Position numbers and translations under genes: made by a program. From assembly GCA_965116475.1 (NCBI GenBank), contig OZ220691.1:2080001-2144000 (forward strand): a DNA stretch of 64,000 nt, read 5' to 3'. Every line of letters begins with the position of its first letter. Position 1 is the first letter of the stretch. Positions 44,324 to 54,270 of this stretch are shown piece by piece. The notes below the pieces were generated by a model. That model did no database searches. It was not told the origin of the DNA and saw nothing but the letters and a program-made list of their open reading frames with translations. This DNA is from Gemmatimonadota bacterium (GTDB lineage Bacteria; Gemmatimonadota; Gemmatimonadetes; Palauibacterales; Palauibacteraceae).

Positions 44324-45546
44324 CGCGACTCAACCTCTTGCCGGCCGCGCGCGCCGGGGTCGGGCTCGTTCCGGTCGCAGCCGCGCTCTGGGCCTGCGGC
44401 GGCGGCTCCGAGATGGCGGAGATGCCCGGCATGGAAGGCGATCACTCCGCGCACATGCCCGCCATGGCCGCGCCCTCGGAACCCGACACGATGCCGGCGT
44501 TCGGGCGCGGCCTCGTGCAGCTTACGTCGGAGCAGGAGCAGGCGCTGGGCGTCACGTACACCGCCGTGGAGCGGATCTCGGCGGTGCGCGAGATCCGGAC
44601 CGTGGGCCGCATCGACGCCCCCGAGGGCAACATCGCCGACATCACGCCCAAGACCGACGGCTTCGTCGAAGAACTGCTGGTCGCGACGACGGGTGAGGCC
44701 GTTCGCCGCGGCGAGCCGCTGCTCACGATCTACAGCCCCGCGCTCGTGGCGGCCCAGGAAGAACTCCTGACCGCACGCCGGCTCGCCGCGCAGGTGGACC
44801 CGGCGGCCACCGAGGCATGGTCGGGCGCGCAGTCCATGCTCGAGGCCAGCCGCCGCCGCCTCGCCTGGTGGGATATCACCGAGGAGCAGATCGAGCGGCT
44901 CGAACAGACGGGAGAGGTGACCAAGACGATGCGTCTCGTCGCTCCCGTGAGCGGGATCGTGCTCGAGAAGGATGTCGTCGAAGGACAGCGGGTGACGCCG
45001 GGTATGCGCCTGTACCGGATCGCCGACCTGTCGACCGTTTGGGTGGAGGGAGAGGTATTCGAACAGGACCTCCAGTTCGTCGAGGTGGGTTCCCAGGCCC
45101 ATATCGAGGTCACCGCCTATCCGGGCGAACACATGATGGGGGCGGTGAGCTTCGTCTATCCCACCGTGGAGATCGCGAGCCGCACGAACCGGGTCCGGGT
45201 CTCCGTGCCGAACCCCGGCCTGCGCTTCAAGCCCGGGATGTTCGCCACCGTCTTCTTCGAGGTCGCGGCGATCCAGGACGAAATCGCGGTGCCGCTGGAG
45301 GCCGTCGTCGTCACCGGTGAGAGGAACCTCGTCTTCGTGCGCGACGAGACGGGACTTCTGATGCCGCATGAGGTGGTGCTGGGGGCGCGCGCCGGAGATC
45401 GCGTCCAGATCCTCAGCGGTCTCGTGGAAGGTGAGACGATCGTCGCCTCCGCGAACTTCCTCATCGATGCCGAGTCCCGCCTCGGTGCGACGGGCGGGAG
45501 CATGCCCGGCATGCAGCACGCGGGGCACGGAATGGAGGGACGATGA
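44320..45546 (+). CDS. cusB: RND efflux periplasmic adaptor (CusB-like), Met/His-rich termini
   Basis: Lipobox WAC, IYSPALVAAQEEL, IADLSTVWV, KPGMFA, ANFLIDAES. Confidence 0.88.
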   Translation: MTRLNLLPAARAGVGLVPVAAALWACGGGSEMAEMPGMEGDHSAHMPAMAAPSEPDTMPAFGRGLVQLTSEQEQALGVTYTAVERISAVREIRTVGRIDAPEGNIADITPKTDGFVEELLVATTGEAVRRGEPLLTIYSPALVAAQEELLTARRLAAQVDPAATEAWSGAQSMLEASRRRLAWWDITEEQIERLEQTGEVTKTMRLVAPVSGIVLEKDVVEGQRVTPGMRLYRIADLSTVWVEGEVFEQDLQFVEVGSQAHIEVTAYPGEHMMGAVSFVYPTVEIASRTNRVRVSVPNPGLRFKPGMFATVFFEVAAIQDEIAVPLEAVVVTGERNLVFVRDETGLLMPHEVVLGARAGDRVQILSGLVEGETIVASANFLIDAESRLGATGGSMPGMQHAGHGMEGR

Positions 45547-48500
45547 TCACGCGCGTCATCGCGTGGTCGATCCGGAACCGGCTCCTCGTGCTTCTCGGGA
45601 CCGCCGCGATCATCGGCGCGGGCCTTTGGTCCGTGCGTACGACGCCGCTCGATGCGATCCCGGACCTCTCGGATGTCCAGGTCATCGTCCAGACCGACTT
45701 CGCGGAACAGGCCCCGCAGATCGTCGAGGACCAGGTGACGTACCCGATCGCGTCCGAGATGCTGAAGGTGCCGGGCGCGCGCGTCGTGCGCGCATTTTCC
45801 TTCTTCGGGCTCAGCCTCGTGTACGTGATCTTCGAGGACGGCACGGACATCTACTGGGCCCGTTCCCGCGTGCTCGAATACCTGAACGGAATCCGGCGGC
45901 AGTTGCCGGAGAACGTCGAACCCGTGCTCGGCCCGGACGCGACGGGCGTGGGCTGGGTCTACGAGTACACGCTCGAATCCGACAGCCTGGACCTCGCCGA
46001 ACTGCGCACGCTCCAGGACTGGTACCTCCGCTATCAGCTGACCGCGGTGCCGGGCGTGGCCGAGGTCGCGAGCCTGGGCGGGTTCGTGAAGCAGTACCAG
46101 GTGGAAGTGAACCCGGAGCGGCTGCGCGCGTTCGACATCCCCGTCACGCGCGTGTCGCAGGCGATCGGCGACCACAACATCGACATCGGGGCTCGCGTCC
46201 TCGAGATGGGCGGGCGCGAATACATGATTCGCGGCCTCGGCTACCTGCGGGGGACCGTGGACATCGAGAACGTGGCCGTCGGATCGACGCCGAACGGCAC
46301 ACCGATCCGGGTGGCCGACGTGGCGATCGTGCAGGAAGGCCCGGCTCCCCGGCGCGGCGTCGCGGATCTCGACGGCCGGGGCGAGGTCGTGGCCGGGATC
46401 GTCGTCATGCGCTTCGGCTCGGACGCACTCGAGACGATCGAGCGGGTCAAGGAGCGGCTGGAGGAGATCAACGCGGGGCTGCCCGCCGGGACCCGGCTGC
46501 GGCCGGCCTACGACCGGAGCGACCTCATCCACCGGGCGATCGACACGCTACGCGAGAAACTCGTGGAGGAATCGCTCATCGTCGCGGCCGTGGCGCTGAT
46601 CTTCCTGCTCCACGTCCGCTCGGCGCTCGTCGCGATCGTGACGCTGCCCCTCGGCATCCTCATCTCGTTCATCGTCATGCGCTGGATCGGCGTGAACGCC
46701 AACATCATGAGCCTCGGCGGGATCGCCATCGCGATCGGGGCGATGGTGGACGCGGCCATCGTCATGGTCGAGAACATGCACAAGCATCTCGAGCGCGCGG
46801 CACCCGGCACATCTCGCTGGGACGTGGTCCTCGAGAGCGCGAAGCAGGTGGGTCCGCCCCTCTTCTTCTCCCTCCTCATCATCACGTTCAGCTTCCTTCC
46901 GGTGTTCGCGCTCGAGCAGCAGGAGGGCCGGCTGTTCAAGCCCCTCGCGTTTACCAAGACGTTCGCCATGGCGGGGTCCGCGTTCCTCGCGATCACGCTG
47001 GTTCCCGTGCTCATGGGGTATCTCGTGCGCGGGCGGATCCGTCCGGAGCGGGCCAACCCGGTGAATCGCGTCCTGCGCTGGCTCTATCGACCCTTCCTGG
47101 GCTTCGCGCTGCGCCGCCCATGGCTCGTGGTCTGCGCCGCCGTGGCGCTGCTCGGGGCCACGATCTTCCCGTGGCAGCGGCTCGGCAGCGAGTTCATGCC
47201 GCCGCTGCAGGAGGGGTCGATCCTCTTCATGCCGACCACCGTGCCGGGGGCGTCGATCGCCCAGGCGCGGGAGATCATGCGGTACCAGGACAGCGTCCTC
47301 GCGTCGTTTCCCGAGGTTGAGCGTGTGTTGGGGAAAGCGGGGCGCGCGGAAACCGCCACGGATCCGGCCCCGCTCGACATGTTCGAGACGACGATCACGC
47401 TGCGGCCGCCGGAGGATTGGCGCCCCGGCGTGACGTACGCCGGGCTGCTCGCGCAGATGGACGAGGCGGTCGCGCTCCCCGGCGTGACCAACGCGTGGAC
47501 GATGCCGATCAAGGGACGCATCGACATGCTCGCCACCGGCGTGCGCACCCCGGTGGGGATCAAGATCTTCGGACCGAATCTCGACACGCTGCAGGCGCTC
47601 GGGGAGGAGGCTGAGCGGATCGTGCGCCGGATCCCCGGGACGCGGAGCGCGTTCGCGGAGCGCGGGGTCTCCGGGTATTACGTCGACATCGATGTCGACC
47701 GGCCGGAGGCGGCGCGCTACGGCCTCAACGTCGGGGATGTGCACAACGCGATCATGGCGACCGTCGGCGGGATGAACGCGACGGTCACCGTGGAGGGGCG
47801 GGAGCGCTACGCCGTGAACGTCCGCTACCCGCGCGAACTGCGGGACGACCTGCAGAACCTGCGCGAGGTGCTGGTCCCGGTCCCCGATGGCACGCAGATC
47901 CCGCTCGGCCAGGTGGCACGCGTCGCGGCTGTCCAGGGGCCCATGGCCGTGAAGACCGAGAATGCCTTTCCCGTGACGACGATCTTCGTCGATATCGAGG
48001 GAGTGGATGTCGGGAGTTACGTGGACGAGGCCCGGCGCGTCGTCGCATCCCAACTCGAACTTCCCAGCGGGTACTCCCTCGTGTGGAGCGGGCAATACGA
48101 ATTCATGCAGCGGGTGCAGGAGCGTCTGCGCGTCGTGATTCCGGTCACGCTCGCCATCATCTTCCTGCTCCTCTACCTCAACTTCCGCGGCGTGGCCGAA
48201 TCGCTGATCGTCATGCTCGCCCTGCCGTTCTCGCTCGTGGGCGGCATCTGGTTCCTGTGGCTGCTGGGCTACAACACGAGCGTCGCGGTCTGGGTCGGGT
48301 TCATCGCGCTCGCCGGCGTGGCGGCGGAGACGGGCGTCGTGATGCTGATATACCTGGACGAGGCGTTCCGCCGCCGCCTCCGCGAAGGACGGATCGAGAC
48401 CGCCGCGGACGTGATGGCGGCGGTTCGCGAAGGGGCCCTGGAGCGGCTGCGTCCCGTGGTGATGACGGTGACGGCGATCACGGCGGGGCTGATGCCGATC

Positions 48501-48680
48501 CTGTGGAGTTCGGGCACCGGCGCGGACGTGATGAAGCGGATCGCCTCGCCCATGGTCGGAGGAATGATCTCCGCGACCGTCCTCACGTTGCTCGTGATCC
48601 CCGCCATCTACCTCCTGTGGCGCCGGTGGCAACTCCGGCGCCTGGCGGTCGCATCGACGCCGCCCGCTTCCCGGGCGTGA
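45543..48680 (+). CDS. cusA: Cu(I)/Ag(I) efflux RND permease CusA
   Basis: PLDAIPDLSDVQVI, GPDATGVGW, GAMVDAAIVMVEN, EFMPPL, DPAPLDMFET, RIDML, GADVMKRIASPMVGG. Confidence 0.95.
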   Translation: MITRVIAWSIRNRLLVLLGTAAIIGAGLWSVRTTPLDAIPDLSDVQVIVQTDFAEQAPQIVEDQVTYPIASEMLKVPGARVVRAFSFFGLSLVYVIFEDGTDIYWARSRVLEYLNGIRRQLPENVEPVLGPDATGVGWVYEYTLESDSLDLAELRTLQDWYLRYQLTAVPGVAEVASLGGFVKQYQVEVNPERLRAFDIPVTRVSQAIGDHNIDIGARVLEMGGREYMIRGLGYLRGTVDIENVAVGSTPNGTPIRVADVAIVQEGPAPRRGVADLDGRGEVVAGIVVMRFGSDALETIERVKERLEEINAGLPAGTRLRPAYDRSDLIHRAIDTLREKLVEESLIVAAVALIFLLHVRSALVAIVTLPLGILISFIVMRWIGVNANIMSLGGIAIAIGAMVDAAIVMVENMHKHLERAAPGTSRWDVVLESAKQVGPPLFFSLLIITFSFLPVFALEQQEGRLFKPLAFTKTFAMAGSAFLAITLVPVLMGYLVRGRIRPERANPVNRVLRWLYRPFLGFALRRPWLVVCAAVALLGATIFPWQRLGSEFMPPLQEGSILFMPTTVPGASIAQAREIMRYQDSVLASFPEVERVLGKAGRAETATDPAPLDMFETTITLRPPEDWRPGVTYAGLLAQMDEAVALPGVTNAWTMPIKGRIDMLATGVRTPVGIKIFGPNLDTLQALGEEAERIVRRIPGTRSAFAERGVSGYYVDIDVDRPEAARYGLNVGDVHNAIMATVGGMNATVTVEGRERYAVNVRYPRELRDDLQNLREVLVPVPDGTQIPLGQVARVAAVQGPMAVKTENAFPVTTIFVDIEGVDVGSYVDEARRVVASQLELPSGYSLVWSGQYEFMQRVQERLRVVIPVTLAIIFLLLYLNFRGVAESLIVMLALPFSLVGGIWFLWLLGYNTSVAVWVGFIALAGVAAETGVVMLIYLDEAFRRRLREGRIETAADVMAAVREGALERLRPVVMTVTAITAGLMPILWSSGTGADVMKRIASPMVGGMISATVLTLLVIPAIYLLWRRWQLRRLAVASTPPASRA

Positions 48681-48702
48681 CGGCCCGCCAGCCGGCGCGG
48701 CG

Positions 48703-49191
48703 TCAACCGCCCGGCGGACCCAGCGGGCTCGGCTCGCAGTTCTCCGTTTCGCGGGTGTAGGCGATGCTGGAGATCTTCCAGCCGTCTCCGCCACGAACGA
48801 GGCTCACCGCGTCGATCCCGCAGTGGCTGAACCGGCCGTCCACGTGGAAGTCGTAGGGCGTCCACACGACGGCGATCGGACCCTCGATCATCACGTGCGG
48901 GTCCCACATCCGTTCGAGCAGGGCGGGGCCCGGCTGGCCGATGGAGGCGGCGAACTCGGCGCCCGTGCTCTCCCGGACCTGAACTCCGTCTGGGGTCTCC
49001 GCCGTGGCCACGAAGGTGGCGCCTTCGGTCAGCAGGCCGCGGATCGCATCGCCGTCGCGGGCGGCCATGGCGTCGAAGAGGGCCTGCACGGCGGCGACCG
49101 CCCCCGCTTCGGCGTCATCCTGCCCGGCGGCAACCGCGGGCGTGGCGAGGATCGCCGCGGCGAGAAGGAACGTCGCTCCCAACTTTCTCAT
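48703..49191 (-). CDS. Secreted NTF2-like (SnoaL/lumazine-binding-like) protein
   Basis: Signal peptide; LFDAMAARD, ERMWDP, VWTPYDF, HCGID, WKISSI. Confidence 0.8.
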   Translation of the reverse strand: MRKLGATFLLAAAILATPAVAAGQDDAEAGAVAAVQALFDAMAARDGDAIRGLLTEGATFVATAETPDGVQVRESTGAEFAASIGQPGPALLERMWDPHVMIEGPIAVVWTPYDFHVDGRFSHCGIDAVSLVRGGDGWKISSIAYTRETENCEPSPLGPPGG

Positions 49192-49258
49192 GAGATTCTC
49201 CCGATTTCTGTCGTCGGTGGTCCTTCGTCCGGCCGGTCTCCATGACACGTCCGGACGC

Positions 49259-51049
49259 TCAGTACGCGGTGGTGCGGAGCACCGGCTGGAAAAGGGCCGT
49301 GCGGTGCGCGCAGACGGGGTCCGCGGGGCACGCCGCGCAGTCGGGTTCCGTCATCTCCGGGCACCGCGTCCGGTTCTGAAAGAAGAACCAGTCCACGGCG
49401 CCCATCGAGCGTCCGCTCAGGCGCCGGATCTCCCCGACCGCCTCGTAGCAGGCGGCGCGCACGGCCTCCTCCTCTTCCACGCTCACAACCTCCCGCTTCG
49501 CGAGCTTCGCGGCCAGCGTCTCGTCGACCGCGGAGACGACGCCGAGCCGGAGGCAACTGCGCTGGCAGTGGTAGTCGATGATCGGCGGCACGTCCGCGGC
49601 CTCCCCCAGCCGCAGGAAGCGCTCCGGCCGCTGGCTGAGGATCGCCGCGAGGAGGGCGGACTTCTTGCGCCACGGGTCCTCCTTGTAGCCGCCGACCGCA
49701 TCGAGGCGAGCGAGAAAGCGGACCAGGGGCCGCTCCGCGGCGTTGGCTTCGGCCAGGAGCGACGCCGGGGTCAGGCCGAGGCCCACCATGTCGCGGCCGT
49801 ATGCCCGCGCGCACGCCGGATGGAGAACGCCCGCGGGGAGCGGGTTGCGGCCTCCGTCGTCCCGGAGGCGATGGTCGAAGTCCGCGTCGTCGAGGCCGGC
49901 CTGGCCCGCGGGGGTGAGTTCGTCCGGCGCCTCGCGGGCCCAGCGCAGGCAGGCGGCCCACAGGTAGTCGCTGCCCTTGAGGGCCCGGCCCCCCAGCGAG
50001 GCGATCATCGGTTCCCCGTAGCGGGCCGCGCGCTCGTGCCAGAAACCGAACTGCTGCACGGTGCCGGCGAAGAAGAAATCGAGCGCCGCCGGATCGCCGG
50101 GTGCGGGGAAGCCGGAGCCCGTGAAGTCGAAGGCCGCGGCTTCGGGCGCCGTCGCGATGACCCCGGCCACGCGCCGAATGCGATCCCCGTTGAGGCGGAC
50201 CCGGGCATCTCGCGCCGGCGCCGCCGGCGGGTCGTCCGAGAGGAGGGGCGCCGGACCGATGCCGGTCACCGTGTGCGCGGCCCGGGCCGCCGCCACGCGC
50301 GCCGCGATGGCGGGGTGGTCTCCGGCCGCGAGCCGGGCCAGCGCCGTCCCGCAGAAGGTGTCGCCGGCGCCCGTCGGATCCACCTCCGCGACCTCGGGGG
50401 TGGGGATGTCGATCGCGTGGTCGCCCACGACGACGCGAGCCCCGCTGGGCCCCCGCGTGACGAAGACCGCGCGCCCCGGCGCGGCCGCCACCCGATCGAG
50501 CGACCCGAAGAGGAGACCGGCCTCCTCCTCGTTGCAGAAGAAGTAGTGGGACGTCTCCGCCACCCGCGCGACGACCTCCCGGTGCGCCCGGATCCCCGGC
50601 GCGTACGTCCCGCACCCGACGCGGACGCCCGCCGCCGACAGCCGCCGCGCGAACCCCAACTGCAGCTCCGGATCGAGGAGAGGGACGACGTACGCGAAGG
50701 CGCCCGGTCCCGCGTCGGGGATGTCGCCGTAGCGGATGTCCCCCTCGGAACCGCGCACCGCCCGGCGATAGACGGTGCGGCCATCGGGAAAGTACTCGAT
50801 CTCGAAGTGGGGGAGCGCCGAGGGCGGGACGGGCGGCCCGCGCCAGTCGAGGAGGCGGTCCGCCGGTTCGAGTTCCGCCGGCATGGGATCGGGCCGCGGC
50901 GCGACGACCGTCACTGCGGCTCCGGCCCGTTGCGCCGCGAGCGCCGTGTAGAGTCCCGCGCCCCCGGCGGACCGCACGGAGCGGCCGCCGAAGTGCAGGA
51001 GGTCCAGTGAGGGGCTCCCGACCACGAGGAGCCGTGGCCGGGTGCTCAT
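49259..51049 (-). CDS. PfkB-family kinase fused to Qng1/DUF2419 (queuosine salvage)-like domain with C-terminal 4-Cys Fe-S motif
   Basis: N-half GGAG, NEEEA, VTRGPSG, DPTGAGDTF; C-half QFGFW, GSDYL, DPWRKKSALL, IIDYH..R..LRLG, EEAVRAAC, VDWFFF, C-X7-C-X2-C-X5-C. Confidence 0.8.
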   Translation of the reverse strand: MSTRPRLLVVGSPSLDLLHFGGRSVRSAGGAGLYTALAAQRAGAAVTVVAPRPDPMPAELEPADRLLDWRGPPVPPSALPHFEIEYFPDGRTVYRRAVRGSEGDIRYGDIPDAGPGAFAYVVPLLDPELQLGFARRLSAAGVRVGCGTYAPGIRAHREVVARVAETSHYFFCNEEEAGLLFGSLDRVAAAPGRAVFVTRGPSGARVVVGDHAIDIPTPEVAEVDPTGAGDTFCGTALARLAAGDHPAIAARVAAARAAHTVTGIGPAPLLSDDPPAAPARDARVRLNGDRIRRVAGVIATAPEAAAFDFTGSGFPAPGDPAALDFFFAGTVQQFGFWHERAARYGEPMIASLGGRALKGSDYLWAACLRWAREAPDELTPAGQAGLDDADFDHRLRDDGGRNPLPAGVLHPACARAYGRDMVGLGLTPASLLAEANAAERPLVRFLARLDAVGGYKEDPWRKKSALLAAILSQRPERFLRLGEAADVPPIIDYHCQRSCLRLGVVSAVDETLAAKLAKREVVSVEEEEAVRAACYEAVGEIRRLSGRSMGAVDWFFFQNRTRCPEMTEPDCAACPADPVCAHRTALFQPVLRTTAY

Positions 51050-51059
51050 GCCGCCGGCG

Positions 51060-52445
51060 TCAGCCGCCCTGCTGGCCCTGCTGCTGGTCCGTCGTGATGC
51101 GCCCGGCCGCGCCCGCCGGCCCGTTGTCCCAGTCCTGGGCGCTGGAGATGTTCGGCACGCCCCAGTCCTCGCCGTTCCAGCCCTGGAAGCCCTCCATCCG
51201 GAAGGTCCACAGACCCGTCGTCATGTCGCTCACCACGATGAGTCCATCCTCGTTGCGGATGTCGACCCCGAACGTGCCGTTGAAGACGGGGGTCCGGTCG
51301 ACGTTCGGCGGCCCGAGGTAGGTGTCGTAGTGGCCCACCGTCATCGGGTTCTCCGGGTCCATCATGTTGAACACGACGAGTCCGTCCAGGTAGCCCGACA
51401 CGAACACGAGCGGCCAGCGCACCTCGTGGTTGTGGACGAGGTTCTTCCAGTTCGCCGTCCACGCCGCGATCGGGCGGTTGATGGCGGACACCTCGCCGTT
51501 CAGTCCCGGCCGGAGATCGAAGATCCTCAGCGGCGCGTACTGATACTCGGTCTCGGCGATCGCGAAGTTCCCGTCCGGCGTGGGCGTGAACGTGTGGCCG
51601 CTGCGAATCCCGGAGACCCCGACGATCTGCGTCAGAAGCTCGGGGCTCCCGAGATCCGTCACGTCGTAGATGTAGTAGCCGCCCGTGCCGCCGCCGTAGA
51701 AGCGGTCCGTCCCGGTTTCCGGGTGATAGCCGAGATAGAAATCGTGGTATCCCCGCCGCCGGTTCCCCTGCATCCCCTGATCCGGGACCGGAATCTGCGC
51801 CACCATCTCATCGCCCCGTCCCTCGACGAGCGCGCCGAGGTCGTAGACGGCCGCGTACGGTCCCGAGACCGTGGCGACGAGATACACGTTCATGTTCGAG
51901 TGCTTGTAGATGAAGATGTTGTGGAAGCCGCCCGGGAGATCGGGCTCCCTGATGCGGGCCACCTCACGCACCGTCGAGGCGTCCGGCAGGCCCGTGACGT
52001 CGAGGACCACGGCCCCCATGTCGGAGTCCGGGCCGCCCTGCCCGAACTGGAGCGACTGCACGACGTAGTAGCGGTCCCCCCACTTGAAGTGCTTCACGTC
52101 CATCCCGCCGGTGCGCTGGTGGAGGTCCTGGTCCTCGATCCGCCACTCGTAGAGCACCTCGGGGTTCTCCGGGTCCTCGATGGAGACGATGTCCAGCCCC
52201 TTTGGGCCCACCGGCCCGTACTGCATGCGCGCCACGTACGCGTAGGGCCGGTGCATCTCCTGCTCGATGTCCATGTCCGCGATGCTGAGCCGCGGGCCGA
52301 GCGGGACGTGTCCGAGCACTTCCATGTTCCGGCTGCCGCGCTCCACGACATCGATCGCCTGGGCGTCGAGTGCCGCCGGGGCGACGAAGACCGCTCCGAG
52401 CACGGCGAGCGCGGAGAGCGTCAGGGTCCGATTTCCAACCTTCAT
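51060..52445 (-). CDS. Secreted LVIVD-repeat beta-propeller protein
   Basis: Signal peptide; GLDIVSIEDP, VVLDVT, YYIYDVTD, LRIFDL, GLVVFNMMDP; GGAGG RBS. Confidence 0.8.
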   Translation of the reverse strand: MKVGNRTLTLSALAVLGAVFVAPAALDAQAIDVVERGSRNMEVLGHVPLGPRLSIADMDIEQEMHRPYAYVARMQYGPVGPKGLDIVSIEDPENPEVLYEWRIEDQDLHQRTGGMDVKHFKWGDRYYVVQSLQFGQGGPDSDMGAVVLDVTGLPDASTVREVARIREPDLPGGFHNIFIYKHSNMNVYLVATVSGPYAAVYDLGALVEGRGDEMVAQIPVPDQGMQGNRRRGYHDFYLGYHPETGTDRFYGGGTGGYYIYDVTDLGSPELLTQIVGVSGIRSGHTFTPTPDGNFAIAETEYQYAPLRIFDLRPGLNGEVSAINRPIAAWTANWKNLVHNHEVRWPLVFVSGYLDGLVVFNMMDPENPMTVGHYDTYLGPPNVDRTPVFNGTFGVDIRNEDGLIVVSDMTTGLWTFRMEGFQGWNGEDWGVPNISSAQDWDNGPAGAAGRITTDQQQGQQGG

Positions 52446-52479
52446 TCTTTCCTCCGTTTTCGAACTGGCGGCCCGCGAG

Positions 52480-54213
52480 CTAGCCGGGATCCACCGTGAA
52501 CACCATGGACATGCCGGCCTCCAGATGCTCCGCAATATGGCAGTGCGCCATCCAGCGGCCAGAGTTGGAGGCCTCGAGCAGGATGTCGAACGTCGACCCG
52601 ACCGGGATCACGACCGTGTCCTTCCAGGCGAGATTGTCCGACGGCACCCCGTCCTTCGAGAGCACGAGGAAGCGCTGGCCGTGGATATGGATCGGGTGCT
52701 GCATCGGGTGGAACGAGCGGCGCTGGTTGTGGATGCGGATCTTCCGCACGTCCCCCACCGTGAACCGCCAGTCGATGTCCCGGTTCTCCTGCCCCGTCCG
52801 CGTGTCGCGCAGGATCCAGGTCAGGTTCTCCGATGTCGAGAGGAAGTTCATCATCGGCATCGCGTCCGTCCACTCCACGGGCGGGAAGTACAGCGTGTCG
52901 ATCGCCATCACCGCGACGATGTCGCTGGGGAGGTTCCCCACCCGGACCGTGAGTTCGAGTTCGTGGTCGACCGGCCGGCCGAACTCGCCGCGGTAGCGGT
53001 CAATGTCCTCGATGACGTCCACGTGCGCGCGCAGAGTGGAGAACGCGTCCCCGTGGTCCTCCGCCACCGGTTCGTCGAGGACCGTGACGAGCCCGAGCGT
53101 ATCCGTCTGCGGATAGAAGCGGCCGTTGAAGTGGTCGATGGCCTGGATCGGGTTGAGGAGCGCGTACGTGCCGGGCTCGTCGAAGCGGGCGTCGACGATG
53201 TACCGCTGGGCCGGGGCGAGGACGACGTTGGAGACGAAGCTCTCGCGCTCGAACTTGCTCACGTCGGCGCCGACGAGCTTCATCTCCGCGCCCTCGAGGA
53301 CGAGGTTGAAGGTGCGCGTGTTGGCGACGTTCGTGAGATAGAGGCGGCGAACCTCGCCGCGGCGGACCGTCGCCTCCCAGCGCGGCTCGCCGTTCACGAG
53401 CAACTGGTTCCCGAACCGGCCCATGAGCGTCTGCACGGCGGCTTCGCGTCCCCAGGGGAAGAGTCCTCCCTCGTCGACGAGCAGGTCGTCGAGCATGAGA
53501 AAGTCCTCGCCGTTCGCGGGACCGTAGTAGTCCGCGGCGGAGGCGTCGACGAGCATGTTCCCGTACAGGCCGAGGTCCTGCTGGATGTCCTCGCGGTGAT
53601 GGGGGTGGTACCAGTAGAGGCCGGCGTCCCGGAAATGGACCCGGTACATGAACGACTCGCCGGGCTCGACCGGATCCTGGGTGACTCCGGGGACGCCATC
53701 GAACTCGTTCTCGAGCCGGACGCCGTGCCAGTGGACGGCCGTCGGCAGGTCGATGTGGTTCGTGAACAGGACGATGATCTCCGCGCCCTGCGGGACGCGG
53801 ATGAGGGGACCGGGATACTGCCCGTTGAAGCCGTACATCGTGAAGGTCCGCGTCCCGATCGTGCGCCGCACGAACCCGGCCTCGAGGCGGAGCGTGTCGC
53901 CGTCGGCCATCTCCACGACCTCGCGGAAGACCGCCTCCGGGAGCATCGCCGGATCGTGGCCGGGGTCGGGCAGGTACGGGGTCACTACGGGGACGGCGCC
54001 CATCAGGCCCGGAAGCATCATCGGCATCGGGATCGGCTGCGGCGGCATGCGCCACACGGCCCCCGTGCTGTCCGTCGCCATCATGTGGCCCGCGTGCTGC
54101 TGCCCCGATGCCGGTGCGCCGCCCAGCCACACCAGCGCCTGAAAGGCCGCGCCGGCCGCGAAGGTACGGGCTGCCCGGTTGCCCGGTCGGCTCCTCGCCG
54201 CGCGAGGCATCAC
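52480..54213 (-). CDS. Three-domain multicopper oxidase (CueO/CopA-like)
   Basis: HWHG, YWYHPH, HPIHIHG, HCHIAEHLEAGM; Met-rich N-terminus. Confidence 0.93.
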   Translation of the reverse strand: MMPRAARSRPGNRAARTFAAGAAFQALVWLGGAPASGQQHAGHMMATDSTGAVWRMPPQPIPMPMMLPGLMGAVPVVTPYLPDPGHDPAMLPEAVFREVVEMADGDTLRLEAGFVRRTIGTRTFTMYGFNGQYPGPLIRVPQGAEIIVLFTNHIDLPTAVHWHGVRLENEFDGVPGVTQDPVEPGESFMYRVHFRDAGLYWYHPHHREDIQQDLGLYGNMLVDASAADYYGPANGEDFLMLDDLLVDEGGLFPWGREAAVQTLMGRFGNQLLVNGEPRWEATVRRGEVRRLYLTNVANTRTFNLVLEGAEMKLVGADVSKFERESFVSNVVLAPAQRYIVDARFDEPGTYALLNPIQAIDHFNGRFYPQTDTLGLVTVLDEPVAEDHGDAFSTLRAHVDVIEDIDRYRGEFGRPVDHELELTVRVGNLPSDIVAVMAIDTLYFPPVEWTDAMPMMNFLSTSENLTWILRDTRTGQENRDIDWRFTVGDVRKIRIHNQRRSFHPMQHPIHIHGQRFLVLSKDGVPSDNLAWKDTVVIPVGSTFDILLEASNSGRWMAHCHIAEHLEAGMSMVFTVDPG

Positions 54214-54270
54214 GTGTTCACACCGGCACCGGTGGGATCGGATCGCGGACCGCGGCTCCGGACTGCCGTC

